Shown here: one piece after another, positions 28,634-38,545 of the stretch
Layout: every line of letters begins with the position of its first letter
How positions within the stretch are numbered: position 1 is the first letter of the stretch
NCBI GenBank assembly: GCA_016186115.1
Contig: JACPMK010000002.1
Location: 8,983 to 72,982, forward strand
Direction of reading: 5' to 3'
Source: Candidatus Wildermuthbacteria bacterium
Lineage (GTDB): Bacteria; Patescibacteriota; Minisyncoccia; Minisyncoccales; UBA10102
DNA length: 64,000 bases
Notes under the pieces: model-generated
The model's input: the letters and a program-made list of their open reading frames with translations, nothing else
Databases searched by the model: none
What the model was told of the DNA's origin: nothing
Position numbers and translations under genes: made by a program

Positions 28634-28910
28634 TCGAACTTAACAGGGAGGCGCATGTCCAAACCGACTACGCCTCCCACCACAATTTTGATTCTTCTTT
28701 TTCATAGGGGCTTTTGGGGATGATTTTCCGCTTGTTGAAGACAATTTGCTCTTTTCAATCTCCCTCCTTTATTCTATTTCAACAAGCACCTAAGAGCCCC
28801 GCTGAAAAGGAAGAAAAAGAAAACCCTGAAATGGTTTTCTTTTTTGCTGGACAAGGCATAGAAAATGTGCAATACTACAGTTAGATTCAGTTTCTGAAGG
28901 AGGGGTTCCA

Positions 28911-29396
28911 ATGAGTCAGCTGACGCTTAGGTTGCCTAGTGCCTCCATACATTTCATGTGTCCTCTTACCGATGTTCGCTGCGTGAAGATTCACGGGAGC
29001 ACACTATTTCTACCTGGCGACTGGGAGAAGGGTAAAAGAGGTGTAATTATTCACTGTGATTTTCCTGGAGTCGCCTTCAATAGACCAGAAGATCTCGAAC
29101 GGCTATTCAGCGGGCGCTCGTTTGAGATAGAGATCGATCTCGACAGGATTTCTCCGGTTATTTCAATCCGTCAACAGGTATGGCGCCGGGCATTTTCGGC
29201 AATGTGGCTTACCCGCTTTTTCGAAGGAGAGAAGGTTGGTGGAAATCCCATCTGGAAGCATCGGGGGCCAGCTTGGCTCCTTTTGTGCACCGATGACCTT
29301 CGGAGAGGACGGGTCCACAGGGCGGGCCATTCGGAGGAATATGGCATTGAGTCCAAGACAATCAATGAAGTAATAATGCAAAGGGCTGCTTCGTAA
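28911..29396 (+). CDS. Hypothetical protein
   Basis: 161 aa, AAGGAGG SD; hairpin over the stop codon. Confidence 0.6.
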   Translation: MSQLTLRLPSASIHFMCPLTDVRCVKIHGSTLFLPGDWEKGKRGVIIHCDFPGVAFNRPEDLERLFSGRSFEIEIDLDRISPVISIRQQVWRRAFSAMWLTRFFEGEKVGGNPIWKHRGPAWLLLCTDDLRRGRVHRAGHSEEYGIESKTINEVIMQRAAS

Positions 29397-29455
29397 GAAG
29401 CGGCCCTCCTTTATTGTGAGTGAAAAATAAGTGTGATATAGTGTATTCGTATTTT

Positions 29456-30664
29456 ATGAAAAAGATTGCACAGATTATTTTTATTGGTATCGGAGCTGTC
29501 GGGTTGGTCGTGCTTGGTTTTGGAGCTGGGTTTTCTGTCGGCAAAGAGCAGGGGACTGTGATTCCTATTGAGGGCGCAATCAATTTGACTCAAGACAAAC
29601 CCGCAGCAGCTGACTTTTCTCTTTTTTGGCGGGCATGGGGTGTAATACAGAATCAATTTGCTGACCGGAATGAGTTGAACCAGCAGAACATGATGTACGG
29701 CGCGATTTCTGGAATGGTGGAGAGTTTGGGGGATGAGTATACTGTGTTTATGACTCCGGATGAGTCAAAGAAGTTTTTGGAAGACGTTTCCGGTACTTTT
29801 GAAGGAGTCGGGATGGAGGTTGGCATGCGCGACGGGCAACTAAAAGTCATTGCTCCTCTCGAGAAATCCCCGGCTCAAAAAGCAGGGATCATGGCGGGAG
29901 ATACAATCGTAAACATTGACGATACTTCAACAGAAAACATATCTTTGGATCAGGCAATTTTCCTGATTCGCGGCCCCAAAGGAACGAACGTGCGGTTGTT
30001 GATTATGCGACAGGGTTTCAATCAGCCAAAGGAATTCGTTATCAAACGTGATGTTATTGAGGTCCCTTCTCTCAAATGGGAACTGAAAGATAAGGTTGCC
30101 TATATTCATCTGTATCAATTTTCTGATCGGGTAGTGCAAGATTTCCGTAAGGCGGCTTCCCAGATTCTTTCTTCGGGAGCGGATCGGATTGTGCTTGATT
30201 TGAGAAATAATCCGGGAGGATATTTGCAGGCCGCTCAAGACATTGCAGGATGGTTCTTGAAAGACGGTCAAACCGTTGTGATAGAGGATTTCAAAGCCGA
30301 AGGGAAGCAGGAGCCCTATGCGGTAGAAGGCGATGGTGCATTTTTGCATTATCCTATGGTAGTATTAATGAATCAGGGATCGGCCTCGGCATCAGAGATT
30401 CTCGCGGGAGCCATTCGGGACAACCGCGGAATTATGCTGATTGGCGAGCAATCGTTTGGCAAAGGATCTGTGCAGGAGCTTGTCAAATTGCAGGATAGTT
30501 CTACGATAAAAGTAACAGTTGCGCGCTGGCTTACTCCCAAAGGCAATCAGATTGACGGCAAGGGTCTGAAACCGGATATTGAAGTAAAGATCACCGAAGA
30601 GGACAGTGTACAAGGGAAAGATCCGCAGCTCGAGAAAGCTCTTGAAGTTGTGAAAGATTTATGA
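29456..30664 (+). CDS. ctpA: S41 carboxyl-terminal processing protease (PDZ + peptidase)
   Basis: GVGMEV PDZ, DLRNNPGG, SASASEI, FGKGSVQ. Confidence 0.93.
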   Translation: MKKIAQIIFIGIGAVGLVVLGFGAGFSVGKEQGTVIPIEGAINLTQDKPAAADFSLFWRAWGVIQNQFADRNELNQQNMMYGAISGMVESLGDEYTVFMTPDESKKFLEDVSGTFEGVGMEVGMRDGQLKVIAPLEKSPAQKAGIMAGDTIVNIDDTSTENISLDQAIFLIRGPKGTNVRLLIMRQGFNQPKEFVIKRDVIEVPSLKWELKDKVAYIHLYQFSDRVVQDFRKAASQILSSGADRIVLDLRNNPGGYLQAAQDIAGWFLKDGQTVVIEDFKAEGKQEPYAVEGDGAFLHYPMVVLMNQGSASASEILAGAIRDNRGIMLIGEQSFGKGSVQELVKLQDSSTIKVTVARWLTPKGNQIDGKGLKPDIEVKITEEDSVQGKDPQLEKALEVVKDL

Positions 30665-30700
30665 GAGAATACCAAGATATATAAAGATCAGCTAAAAATT

Positions 30701-31156
30701 ATGAGAGTGGTGTTATTGAGCGATATCGAAAACATAGGAAAACAATTTGAAATCAAAGAAGTTGCAGACGGCTACGCAAGAAATTTTCTCATTCCTCAAG
30801 GGCTGGTGCGTCCTGCCACCAAACAAACACTTCAGTGGCTTTCTATGCAAAAAGAAATTGCAGAGAAAAAAGCAGAAGATGCGCTCAAACAAACTCAAGA
30901 ATTGGCCTCGAAATTAGATGATCTCGAGGTCTCCATCCCTATGAAAGTTGGCGAAGAGGGCCAGCTTTTTGAGGCAATCACCGCGGCCAAAATTGCCGAT
31001 CGTTTGAAAGAGATGGGATACGATGTGAAAAAGAATCAGGTGAAAATTGAAAATCCCATCAAAGAGCTTGGGGAATTTCCCGTCAAAATTGCTTTCGATC
31101 ATAATTTGGAAGCAGAGATCAGCGTTATCGTCACCGAAGAAGAAAGCAACGGCTAA
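30701..31156 (+). CDS. rplI: 50S ribosomal protein L9
   Basis: VADGYARNFLIPQG, PIKELGEF. Confidence 0.97.
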   Translation: MRVVLLSDIENIGKQFEIKEVADGYARNFLIPQGLVRPATKQTLQWLSMQKEIAEKKAEDALKQTQELASKLDDLEVSIPMKVGEEGQLFEAITAAKIADRLKEMGYDVKKNQVKIENPIKELGEFPVKIAFDHNLEAEISVIVTEEESNG

Positions 31157-31188
31157 ATTGGGTTTTTGATAAGGTAACCATTTTCACA

Positions 31189-32814
31189 ATGACAAGGTTT
31201 ATTTTTGTTGCGGGCGGAGTCATGTCGGGCGTAGGGAAGGGTGTCGCTACTGCTTCCATCGCAAAGATTCTCCAGAGCAAAGGATTTCGGGTAAGTGCGC
31301 TCAAAATTGATCCCTATATCAATGTAGATGCAGGAACAATGAACCCCATTGAGCATGGGGAAGTTTTTGTGACCGACGATGGCACAGAATGCGATCAGGA
31401 TGTTGGCAACTACGAGCGTTTTTTAAACGAAAGTTTTAGCACATGGAACTATCTTACAACCGGCCGCGTGTATCAGGCGGTGATCAATCGCGAGCGAAAT
31501 CTTGAATACGGCGGACGGTGCGTTGAAGTTGTGCCTCACATTCCTCTCGAGGTTATTGCGCGCATCGAAGAGGCAGGCAAGAAAGACAGGGCGGATTTTA
31601 TTCTTGTTGAAATCGGAGGCACCGTAGGGGAGTATCAAAACCTTCTTTTTTTGGAAGCCGCGCGTATGATGAAACTCACTATGCCTAGCCGGGTTCTTTT
31701 TGCTTTGGTTACGTATTTGCCAGTGCCCCGGATGATCGGAGAAATGAAAACCAAACCCACCCAGACCGCAGTTCGTTCTTTAAACTCGGCAGGAATTCAG
31801 CCCGATATTATTCTTGCGCGATCGGAATTGCCGGTTGATGAACCGCGCAAGAAAAAAATTTCTATCTTTTGCAATGTTGCGCCCGAAGATGTGATTTCGG
31901 CTCCTGATGTCCATTCGATTTATGAAATTCCTTTGAATTTTGAAAAAGATAATCTGGGAAACCGAATTCTGCAAAAATTTCGACTGCAAAAAAAAGCCCA
32001 TGATTTGCGCGATTGGAGACGATTGGTAGAAGTGATCCATGCAAAAAAGCCGGAAGTTCATATCGGCGTGGTGGGGAAATATTTTGAAACAGGGGAATTC
32101 ACTCTCATGGATTCTTACATTTCTGTCATTGAAGCAATTAAGCATGCGAGCTGGGCAAATAAGAGAGAACCAAAAATCACGTGGCTTTCAGCGGAAAAAT
32201 ATGAAAAAAATCCCAAAGCGATTAAGGAGCTCGCATCATTCGACGGCATTATTGTTCCCGGAGGGTTTGGAAACAGGGGAGTGGAGGGAAAAATAAAAGC
32301 CATTCAATTTTGCAGGGAACAAAGAATCTCATTTTTGGGACTTTGCTTTGGTTTGCAGCTGGCGGTCATTGAATTTGCAAGAAATGCGTGTGGAGTTCGA
32401 GACGCAACTTCGGGCGAGTTTAATCCTCATGCCAAGCATCTTCTGATCGATGTGATGCCAGAGCAAAAGGTACTGCTCAAGGAAAAACGCTACGGCGGCA
32501 CGATGCGGCTCGGCAAATATTTTTGTCAGATTACAAAAGGGACTCATGCTTTCCGGGCGTACGGACAGACCGAAATCTCCGAGCGCCATCGCCATCGCTA
32601 CGAGGTAAACAACGAATACCGCGAGATCTTGGAAAAGAAGGGGATGGTATTTTCTGGCATTAATCCCGAAAGAAACTTGGTAGAAATTATGGAGTTAAAA
32701 AACCACCCATTTTTTGTGGGTGTTCAATTTCATCCGGAGTTAAGGTCGCGTCCCCTTATTCCTCATCCATTATTTCGAGAGTTCGTGCGGGTGAGTTCCC
32801 GTGGGAGAACATGA
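31189..32814 (+). CDS. pyrG: CTP synthase
   Basis: [36 protein letters not shown]. Confidence 0.98.
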   Translation: MTRFIFVAGGVMSGVGKGVATASIAKILQSKGFRVSALKIDPYINVDAGTMNPIEHGEVFVTDDGTECDQDVGNYERFLNESFSTWNYLTTGRVYQAVINRERNLEYGGRCVEVVPHIPLEVIARIEEAGKKDRADFILVEIGGTVGEYQNLLFLEAARMMKLTMPSRVLFALVTYLPVPRMIGEMKTKPTQTAVRSLNSAGIQPDIILARSELPVDEPRKKKISIFCNVAPEDVISAPDVHSIYEIPLNFEKDNLGNRILQKFRLQKKAHDLRDWRRLVEVIHAKKPEVHIGVVGKYFETGEFTLMDSYISVIEAIKHASWANKREPKITWLSAEKYEKNPKAIKELASFDGIIVPGGFGNRGVEGKIKAIQFCREQRISFLGLCFGLQLAVIEFARNACGVRDATSGEFNPHAKHLLIDVMPEQKVLLKEKRYGGTMRLGKYFCQITKGTHAFRAYGQTEISERHRHRYEVNNEYREILEKKGMVFSGINPERNLVEIMELKNHPFFVGVQFHPELRSRPLIPHPLFREFVRVSSRGRT

Positions 32815-33074
32815 ACTTTTCTTGCAAGCCGGCGGGAATTTGTAAAGCTTCTTTTCCGAAAAGGAGTAAAGCGAACAATTCCCTCGCACAATGCAAAAAG
32901 GGTATTATCGCGGCCAATTCCTACATTTTTGCCGGCGAAAAAATGTGTTCCATGCTGCCGAACCAAAATTTGACCAGCTTTTGTAAACTGCCCTTCGAAA
33001 AGTTTGATTCCAAGATATTTGGGCTGCGAATCCCTTCCTAGTTGCGTGGATCCGCCAGCTTTTGATGTAGCCAT
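32763..33074 (-). CDS. rpmA: 50S ribosomal protein L27
   Basis: [31 protein letters not shown]. Confidence 0.96.
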   Translation of the reverse strand: MATSKAGGSTQLGRDSQPKYLGIKLFEGQFTKAGQILVRQHGTHFFAGKNVGIGRDNTLFALCEGIVRFTPFRKRSFTNSRRLARKVHVLPRELTRTNSRNNG

Positions 33075-33082
33075 ACCTTTCT

Positions 33083-33274
33083 ATGGTATCAAGGTTTCAA
33101 GAGATTGTCAATGAGCTTTTAGAACTGATCAAAAAATATGAAAAGGATATTGTCCTTGTAATTGGAGTTATTTTGATTTCTTTGCTTTCTTTTGCGATTG
33201 GGTATCTTGTTGCGAAAGAGCAGCTCAAGGAGCCCATTCAAATTGAAGATTTTTCGTCTGCCGATCGTCAATAA
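33083..33274 (+). CDS. Small single-TM hypothetical protein
   Basis: IVLVIGVILISLLSFAIGYLV hydrophobic segment. Confidence 0.6.
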   Translation: MVSRFQEIVNELLELIKKYEKDIVLVIGVILISLLSFAIGYLVAKEQLKEPIQIEDFSSADRQ

Positions 33275-33361
33275 GAGTAGCTCTTATTCATCTTGAAATG
33301 TAGGGGTAAAACGCTATAATAGAAAAAGAATTCTCGAGTGTAAAGAGAAAGGAGGTGAGGA

Positions 33362-34216
33362 TTGGGTTCAGTAATAGTAAATACAGAGGAAGCGGTGGCG
33401 GCATACCTTCTTCAGGGAGGTGTCGGATTCCTTCCCTGGAGAGAGGGCTTATGGGCCATGGTCTGCGTTGAAGAGGCGGCAGAACGCATGGCTCAGATCA
33501 AGGGCAGAGAAGGGAAGAAACCCTTTTTCTACCTTGCGGTCGGGCCAGCAAAAGAACTTTGGACCTATCCCGGAATTGCGCATTTTGGGAATAATCTCCA
33601 CAAGGTGATTGTGGAGATCTGCGGGCGGGTCACGCCCATCGCGGTGCTTCTTCCCGCAGATTCGCGACTCCACAAGATTTCTCCTCGTACATGTGGTAAG
33701 ATAGAAATTTCTCAACGAGGGGAAAAGAAGACAGTACCTACAGTAGGATTTATGTTCGCGGGGAGTTCTCCGCCGGAAGAACAATTAGGCCATGGCGATA
33801 CCTTTGCTCGATTAAGAGCTCTGCTTCCTGCCGAAGTACGTATTCTTGGGACGTCGGCTAACAAGAGCGTAGATCCCTATACGAACGGATCTGGTCATTA
33901 CAATTTCCCGGATTTGGAATTTGATTTCCACGAGGATGAGGTATGTTTTTTGGTAAGACCATCTCACGCCCTGGCAGATAAACTACCCGTATCAGCATCA
34001 GTGGTTTATCTACGGGAGAGTGGATTTCCTTTTCGGGCAGTAGAAGGACATATTGTCCGGATCGGTTCAACTCCCGAAAACAAATTGCGGCAAATTTTAG
34101 AAGATGCGGGAGTTCGATCGATCCAACGAGCTCTTTCCTTTCGCGAAGTGCACGCTTATGATTACGCAGCACGCGAGCAAGCATGCAAGGATGCGATGCA
34201 ATATCCAAGGGCCTAG
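33362..34216 (+). CDS. Divergent YrdC/Sua5 (TsaC)-like domain protein
   Basis: IKGREGKKP and GTSANKS match the YrdC KxR and SxN motifs; strong SD, own promoter and terminator hairpin. Confidence 0.65.
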   Translation: MGSVIVNTEEAVAAYLLQGGVGFLPWREGLWAMVCVEEAAERMAQIKGREGKKPFFYLAVGPAKELWTYPGIAHFGNNLHKVIVEICGRVTPIAVLLPADSRLHKISPRTCGKIEISQRGEKKTVPTVGFMFAGSSPPEEQLGHGDTFARLRALLPAEVRILGTSANKSVDPYTNGSGHYNFPDLEFDFHEDEVCFLVRPSHALADKLPVSASVVYLRESGFPFRAVEGHIVRIGSTPENKLRQILEDAGVRSIQRALSFREVHAYDYAAREQACKDAMQYPRA

Positions 34217-34441
34217 CTGACAATTATGTACCAGCTAGGCCCGTTTCATTCACTCTATGAGTGAGGGAAGTTTAACTTCCTTCATACTTTCATACTGACT
34301 TTGCAGATTTTCTTTAAGGATGCCTATGGGGTAGTAAAAGTTAGTCGAGCATTATTCAATAGGCAGCGGGGTTGACAGAAGAGAGTTAGATGCGCAGTGA
34401 GTAGGGGAGAGGTATAATGAAGTGATCTATGGAAAAAGCAA

Positions 34442-35398
34442 TCAGCTGGTCAGTTTTCCGCCGCTGTGGAATTTGCGATGAATATCGCGGAGTTGTTTTG
34501 AAGTGACGTGGGCGTAAATTTGGGTGGTGGCAAGATTTTTATGTCCAAGAAACTCCTGGATCAGTCGCAAATCCACTCCTTGGGCAAGAAGGTCCGTCGC
34601 AAAAGAATGGCGGAGCGTATGGGGAGTGGTAAATGAGGGGATTCCTGCCTTTGCCACGTATTTTTTTACGAGTTGTTCAATGGAGCGAGTCGAAAGCCGC
34701 CTGGGCCCTTTTGCGGGCCCTTTATAATTGATAAAGAGCGCTTTTTCTTCGTCTTTTCTTTTTGCGAGATACTTGCGCAGGGCTTCCACGGCGCGTTCCG
34801 AGAAATACACTGGCCTTGGACGGCTCCCTTTGCCAACAACTACTATTTCAAGATCCTTTGTATCGGGCAGAATTTTGAGCTGTTCACGGTCGAGACCCGC
34901 AAGTTCTGCAACGCGGAGACCGGTAGAAAAAAAGCTTTCCAATATTGCACGATCGCGAAGGCCAGCAGGAGAAGAGGAATCAGGCGCAGCGAGCAATTGA
35001 TTGAGTTGTTCTAACGTGAGGAATTTGACGGTGCGGCCTCCCTTTTCCCGGATAAGTTTTATTTTATCAGCAGGCAGGGAAAGGATATTGCGTTCTGCAA
35101 AATAGACCAAAAGGTTCCGTAGGGCGATGAGATAATAGTTTTGGGTGGAATGTTTGAGGGGTTCTTTGGTCGTTTGGTTGAGGGTACGAGAGAGGAACAC
35201 TCTAAAGTCCCAAATATGTTTATCAGTGAGCTCGTGAGGTTTTAGTTCCGATAAATTATTTTTTTGGAGCCAGTCAGAAAATTTTTTCAAAAATCTTGCA
35301 TAGGTTTGCTGGCTTTTGTTGCTCAAGCCTTTTTCAATATCTACATATTCCAGAAAGTTATGAATATGGCCTGGGATTGGTTTTTCGCTGGTTTCCAT
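34442..35398 (-). CDS. Xer-family tyrosine recombinase (XerC/XerA-like)
   Basis: RDRAIL, TGLRVAEL, GKG, TPHTLRHSFAT, LGH, TTQIY. Confidence 0.95.
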   Translation of the reverse strand: METSEKPIPGHIHNFLEYVDIEKGLSNKSQQTYARFLKKFSDWLQKNNLSELKPHELTDKHIWDFRVFLSRTLNQTTKEPLKHSTQNYYLIALRNLLVYFAERNILSLPADKIKLIREKGGRTVKFLTLEQLNQLLAAPDSSSPAGLRDRAILESFFSTGLRVAELAGLDREQLKILPDTKDLEIVVVGKGSRPRPVYFSERAVEALRKYLAKRKDEEKALFINYKGPAKGPRRLSTRSIEQLVKKYVAKAGIPSFTTPHTLRHSFATDLLAQGVDLRLIQEFLGHKNLATTQIYAHVTSKQLRDIHRKFHSGGKLTS

Positions 35399-35421
35399 AG
35401 GGTTCTTTTATTATACTCTAT

Positions 35422-35449
35422 ACTTCGGTAAAGGTACATTATGCGAAGT
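35422..35449. other. dif-like Xer recombination site
   Basis: ACTTCGGTAAA-GGTACA-TTATGCGAAGT (11-6-11), 23 bp upstream of the recombinase start. Confidence 0.85.
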
Positions 35450-35520
35450 ATACTATATTCAATATAAACCCTCCCCTAGGGGGTCGTCAATAGGGTTCAT
35501 CGGCTCTTCGAGAGACAGCG

Positions 35521-35952
35521 TTACTTTTGCTGCGGTTCTTTCGTATTGAAAAGGGAAATAAATTTCTCAAAAATATTTTTACTTTGTTTGAACGTTTGCG
35601 TTTGGAGATCGTGTTGCACCTCTTGTTTTTCTTTTTGCAGCTCTTCTTCAAGAGCAGGACGCTTTGATTCAAAAAGGTTGAGCACAAAGGTCTTTATCCC
35701 CTGCCAAATCTTTTTGCCCCATGAAAAAACGTAGATATCCATCTGCTTTTGGATCCAGCTGGCCACGCCAAACATGAAAGGAGCAATCTTTTGCTGCCAG
35801 ATGCGCACTACGCTTTCGTTCATTTTTTGCAGTTGACCAGATGCATCTTGAGGTTGCGGTGAGGGTTGTGCTGCCAAGACATTGAAAAACAAAGCCAATC
35901 CCGCAGCTATGCAGAGCATTATGAGCAAATTTCTATAGGAGAAAGAGAGCAT
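35521..35952 (-). CDS. Hypothetical exported/membrane protein
   Basis: Signal-like N-terminus, amphipathic helices; starts right after the gltX stop. Confidence 0.65.
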   Translation of the reverse strand: MLSFSYRNLLIMLCIAAGLALFFNVLAAQPSPQPQDASGQLQKMNESVVRIWQQKIAPFMFGVASWIQKQMDIYVFSWGKKIWQGIKTFVLNLFESKRPALEEELQKEKQEVQHDLQTQTFKQSKNIFEKFISLFNTKEPQQK

Positions 35953-35956
35953 ATTT

Positions 35957-37387
35957 TTATATTGCTGTAAGTTTTTGTTGTGCTTCCTTGATGCGCTCAA
36001 GTGTTTTTTCTTTGCCCAATACCGTAGCAACTTCAAATGGGCCTGCCGAGGCCTGTTTTCCAGTTAGAGCCGTCCTTAAGGGCCAGAGAAGATATCCCCT
36101 GTCTTTTTCTTTTTCTGCTTCGCCAAGCAAAATGTTGGCAAGAGTATCTCGTTCCCAATCTTTTTCTGAAACTGCAGAAAGAATTGTTTCTAATTTTTCG
36201 AGCGCTTCTTTTGTCTTTCGTGGAGTAGAGTTTTTCCACGTCAAAAGTTCTTTGGGGTAATCCAATTGCTCAACAAAGAAATAATCAGCGAGGGCTGCAA
36301 TTTCAGAAAGATTTTGCATACGCTCTTGATACAGCGCGATAATTTGTTCAAGTTTTTTTATTTCAAGTCCGGTTTGGGGAAGATATGGCATAACAAGTTG
36401 CGTCAATTCGGAAGGCGACTTTTTGCGAATATAGGAGGCATTGAGCCAATTGAGCCGCTTTTCATTGAAAACCGCTCCTGCTTTTTGAACGCGTTCCAAA
36501 GAGAATTCCTTTATTAATTCCTCAATGGAGAAAATTTCTTCTTCTGTTCCGGGATTCCAGCCAAGGAGGGCAAGAAAATTAATCACAGCTTCAGGGAGAT
36601 ACCCTTGTGTACGATAGCGCGCGACCGATTGATCGCCATGGCGTTTGCTCAATTTTGTACGATCTTCTCCGAGCAGCAACGGCAAGTGGGCGTACAGAGG
36701 CCGGGGAAGTCCAAGGGCTTCCTGAAGCAGAATTTGTTTTGGGGTATTGGGAATATGATCCTCTCCCCTGATCACGTGAGTGATGTTCATTTCGTAGTCG
36801 TCTACCACGACAGAAAAATTATAGAGCGGCGTCTCTAAATCCTTTGCAATGACAATATCCCCGAGCAATTCGGTATCGAAAGAAATTTTTCCGCGAATGA
36901 GATCATCAAAAGTTATTGTTTTTTTCTCTCCAATAAATCGAATAACTTTTGCTTCCCCCTTTTTCAAACGGCTTTCGCATTCTTCTTTGCCAAGACCTCG
37001 GCATTTGCCCGTATAATGCGGTATCACTCCCCTGCTCAATTGATCTTGTCGGATTGCCTCGAGTTCTTCCGGTTTGCAAAAGCAATAGTATGCTTTCCCC
37101 TGCTCCAGCAATTGCTCCAGATATTTTTTGTATATTGCTGTACGTTCACTCTGGCGGTAAAATTCATCCCATTGAAGGCCAAGCCATGAGAGATTTTCCG
37201 TGATATCTTTTTCCCATTCTGGTTTTGATCGCGCTTTATCGGTATCTTCGATGCGCAAGATAAAAATCCCCTTCTCTTTTTTTGAGAAAAGATAATTGAA
37301 TAGCGCAGTGCGTACGCCTCCCATGTGCAAGGGGCCGGTGGGAGAAGGCGCGTAGCGCGTGCGAATTTGTTTCTGCGTGTTTTGCAT
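35957..37387 (-). CDS. gltX: Glutamate--tRNA ligase
   Basis: RYAPSPTGPLHMGG, RIEDTD, RGEDH, KLSKR. Confidence 0.97.
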   Translation of the reverse strand: MQNTQKQIRTRYAPSPTGPLHMGGVRTALFNYLFSKKEKGIFILRIEDTDKARSKPEWEKDITENLSWLGLQWDEFYRQSERTAIYKKYLEQLLEQGKAYYCFCKPEELEAIRQDQLSRGVIPHYTGKCRGLGKEECESRLKKGEAKVIRFIGEKKTITFDDLIRGKISFDTELLGDIVIAKDLETPLYNFSVVVDDYEMNITHVIRGEDHIPNTPKQILLQEALGLPRPLYAHLPLLLGEDRTKLSKRHGDQSVARYRTQGYLPEAVINFLALLGWNPGTEEEIFSIEELIKEFSLERVQKAGAVFNEKRLNWLNASYIRKKSPSELTQLVMPYLPQTGLEIKKLEQIIALYQERMQNLSEIAALADYFFVEQLDYPKELLTWKNSTPRKTKEALEKLETILSAVSEKDWERDTLANILLGEAEKEKDRGYLLWPLRTALTGKQASAGPFEVATVLGKEKTLERIKEAQQKLTAI

Positions 37388-37420
37388 AGATATGCCCGAC
37401 TCTTTGATCACATTCAAACA

Positions 37421-38545
37421 CTATTTCTTTAAGTATTCAAGAATATAAGTTGCGATAATGCGAGCGGCGTTGGGACGGGCAAATTCTTGCGCTGCTTGCG
37501 ACATTGCGCTCGAAATTTTTGGAGAGGAAAGCACAGTTCGGATTTTTTCCCAGAAAAAATGAGGCGTAAGATTGCTTTCTTCTAGAACGATTGCAGCTCC
37601 TGTTTTGCCATAAGAGTACGCGTTTTTCAGCTGATGGGCTTGGGCGGCTTCCGGCAGAGGAATGAGCAAACTCGGTTTCCCGAGTGCCGCGATTTCAAAA
37701 ATGGATCCCGAACCGGCTCTACTTATGATAAAATCAGCAGCAGCATAGGCATGGCGCAGCTCCGTCTCTTTTAAGAATGGAACGGGGTGATAGTATTCTT
37801 GTTGCTCTTTGGAGAGCATAACCATTGCCTCTGTTTTCACCTGCTGGAAATTTTTTTCTCCTGTTTGATGGATAGTCTCAACCGATTTTGTCATTTCTCC
37901 TATGATCTGCAAGAGAATATCATTGATTCTTTGCGCCCCTTGCGAGCCCCCCACTATAAGAAGAATAGGCCTCCCGCCCTGTAAATGGAATATGCTGGCT
38001 GCTTCTTTGGGAGAGCCAGTAAGAATTTCTTTTCGAATAGGGTTGCCTACCAGTATGATTTTCTTTTTGGAAATTTGCTCGGTATAGGGAAAGGAAGCAA
38101 AAATTTCTACTGCGAATCTTCCTGCGATTTGGTTGGCAAGACCCGGCGCAACGTCTGATTCATGGAGAAAGATAGGGATCCGTAGGATCCACCCCGCAAT
38201 TGTCACCGGCAACGCTCCGTACCCTCCTTTGCTTAGGATGACATCGGGTGCAATGAAAAAGAGTTTCCAGAATGCAACGAGAATCCCGGCAGGTATTTTG
38301 AGTGTTACATCAAAAATATTCTGTAAGACGCTTTGCGGATTCCAATACCTGCGGAGTTTGCCCGAAAGGATTGAAGAGACGCTTACTCCTTCCTGAAGAA
38401 AAAGCATGCGGGAAAACTGATCATCGGGACCCAGGTAGAACATTTGCAAAGTGTTTAGAGGCGATGATCTTCGTAGTTCTCTTGCGACCGCGATTAAAGG
38501 AAGAATATGGCCTCCGGTACCGCCGCCCGTGAATACAATTTTCAT
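37421..38545 (-). CDS. murG: MurG glycosyltransferase
   Basis: TGGGTGGH, KGGY, GNPIR, GGSQGA, SRAG. Confidence 0.96.
   Translation of the reverse strand: MKIVFTGGGTGGHILPLIAVARELRRSSPLNTLQMFYLGPDDQFSRMLFLQEGVSVSSILSGKLRRYWNPQSVLQNIFDVTLKIPAGILVAFWKLFFIAPDVILSKGGYGALPVTIAGWILRIPIFLHESDVAPGLANQIAGRFAVEIFASFPYTEQISKKKIILVGNPIRKEILTGSPKEAASIFHLQGGRPILLIVGGSQGAQRINDILLQIIGEMTKSVETIHQTGEKNFQQVKTEAMVMLSKEQQEYYHPVPFLKETELRHAYAAADFIISRAGSGSIFEIAALGKPSLLIPLPEAAQAHQLKNAYSYGKTGAAIVLEESNLTPHFFWEKIRTVLSSPKISSAMSQAAQEFARPNAARIIATYILEYLKK

Noticed and set aside
34217..34441. ncRNA or antisense promoter downstream of xer
   Set aside because: Only short hairpins and an isolated TATAAT without a properly spaced -35; not enough support
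35069..35080. Another copy of the gcaggcagg palindrome in xer
   Set aside because: Only one arm is present and it encodes ordinary sequence; likely chance
34442..35398. Integrase of a prophage or genomic island
   Set aside because: Xer-type sequence with an adjacent dif-like site, next to core genes, and no phage genes nearby
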